Position numbers and translations under genes: made by a program. The notes beneath the pieces are model-generated. The model was not told the DNA's origin, did not search any database, and worked only from the letters and a program-made list of their open reading frames with translations. DNA of 63,853 bases, counting the filler, from Cercozoa sp. M6MM (lineage: Eukaryota; Protista; Endomyxa: Ascetosporea): the NCBI GenBank assembly GCA_040357565.1. It is 14 parts of 14 records of this genome, joined end to end, with 100 filler letters (N's around TTAATTAATTAA, not from the genome) between each part and the next. Parts side by side here need not be neighbours in the genome. Positions count along the whole stretch, not along the records: positions 62,746 to 63,853 come from JBDODJ010002171.1; 13 more parts are not named here. One strand, written 5' to 3'. Positions 62,746 through 63,853 of this stretch are shown piece after piece (position 1 is the stretch's first letter; the number at the start of each line of letters is the position of its first letter).

Positions 62746-63853
62746 CCCCCCCCCCCCCCGCTTGTTCTCCTTACCCCCACTCCACATCTCTCTATCCCCT
62801 GTGTATGTGCAGGTGATCATGATTGGTCCAGGCACGGGCATTGCGCCGTTCCGCGGATTCATGCTGCAGCGGCGCGAGGAGTGCCGCGCCTCGCAGAGGT
62901 TGCAGCTTTACCCCCCTCCCACCCCTCCTTGTATTACCCCCTTGTATACCCCCCTGCAGAGGACACGCGGATTGTTCGGGCGCGTGGCGAGGTGTCGGTG
63001 TATGGAGGGTATGGCTTTACCCCCCCCCCCCCCACCTGTTACCTTTTACCTCGACCCTCGACCCCTTGTGTGCAGAGTGCGGCCTCGCAGGTGGCGTACA
63101 CGTCGACTCGAACGTCAAGTGGCACGTCGGATCTCTTGGTATTCTTCTGATGTGACTTGGTCCAGATGGACTAGTTAAGGGAGAGACGGCTATAACTACA
63201 GGAAGGACTCGAGGAGGACGTTGAGTTTTTGGAGGAACTCGAGGAACTTGAGGAACCCGTGGATGCCATGGTTGCCCCCCCCCCCTTTACCCCCNNNNNN
63301 NNNNCCCCCCCCCCCCCCGCTTGTTCTCCTTACCCCCACTCCACATCTCTCTATCCCCTGTGTATGTGCAGGTGATCATGATTGGTCCAGGCACGGGCAT
63401 TGCGCCGTTCCGCGGATTCATGCTGCAGCGGCGCGAGGAGTGCCGCGCCTCGCAGAGGTTGCAGCTTTACCCCCCTCCCACCCCTCCTTGTATTACCCCC
63501 TTGTATACCCCCCTGCAGAGGACACGCGGATTGTTCGGGCGCGTGGCGAGGTGTCGGTGTATGGAGGGTATGGCTTTACCCCCCCCCCCCCCACCTGTTA
63601 CCTTTTACCTCGACCCTCGACCCCTTGTGTGCAGAGTGCGGCCTCGCAGGTGGCGTACACGTCGACTCGAACGTCAAGTGGCACGTCGGATCTCTTGGTA
63701 TTCTTCTGATGTGACTTGGTCCAGATGGACTAGTTAAGGGAGAGACGGCTATAACTACAGGAAGGACTCGAGGAGGACGTTGAGTTTTTGGAGGAACTCG
63801 AGGAACTTGAGGAACCCGTGGATGCCATGGTTGCCCCCCCCCCCTTTACCCCC
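62746..63853. repeat. Exact 549-bp direct duplication (62746-63294 = 63305-63853) across a 10-N gap; probable scaffolding artefact
   Basis: Identical ORFs at a fixed offset of 559 nt; both copies are bounded by poly-C. Confidence 0.9.
62813..63150 (+). CDS. Diflavin/FNR-family reductase fragment (CPR/MTRR/NDOR1-like NAD(P)-binding domain)
   Basis: VIMIGPGTGIAPFRGF motif; downstream junctions uncertain. Confidence 0.75.

Noticed and set aside
62746-63853. Tandem duplication of a reductase gene segment
   Set aside because: The two copies appear identical, span the whole contig and flank a 10-N gap between poly-C ends: a typical scaffolding artefact.

Overview
Eukaryotic (protist-like), intron-dense, standard-code genomic DNA. 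The window is not one locus. It is 14 unrelated contigs joined by artificial 100-bp linkers (N44-TTAATTAATTAA-N44), so adjacency across linkers has no biological meaning. Gene models were assembled by hand across short (about 35-300 nt) GT-AG introns. Recognisable genes: PRP8, ORC1, SMC4-like, sphingosine-1-phosphate lyase, AP-1/2 beta, type-II NADH dehydrogenase, RPS18, RPB12, CSN3, SDH4, ERG28, GPN1 (first exon only), mitochondrial uS15 and bL25, a LIV-1/ZIP transporter, a DUF1499 protein, a diflavin-reductase fragment and a beta-helix surface protein. There are also several orphan genes. The most unusual signals are: (i) an atypical splicing landscape, with donor consensus G|GTA(C/G)C instead of GTRAGT, sense-strand TTTACCCC satellites inside introns, repeat cores shared between introns of one gene, 3' splice sites just upstream of many start codons (possible trans-splicing) and a divergent PRP8; (ii) a DIRS/Ngaro-like RT-RNase H whose YxDD motif reads MADN and which may be spliced to intron-containing 5' exons; (iii) a 4-TM, two-ectodomain receptor fused to an RGS domain. 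Family assignments come from motif recall, not database searches.
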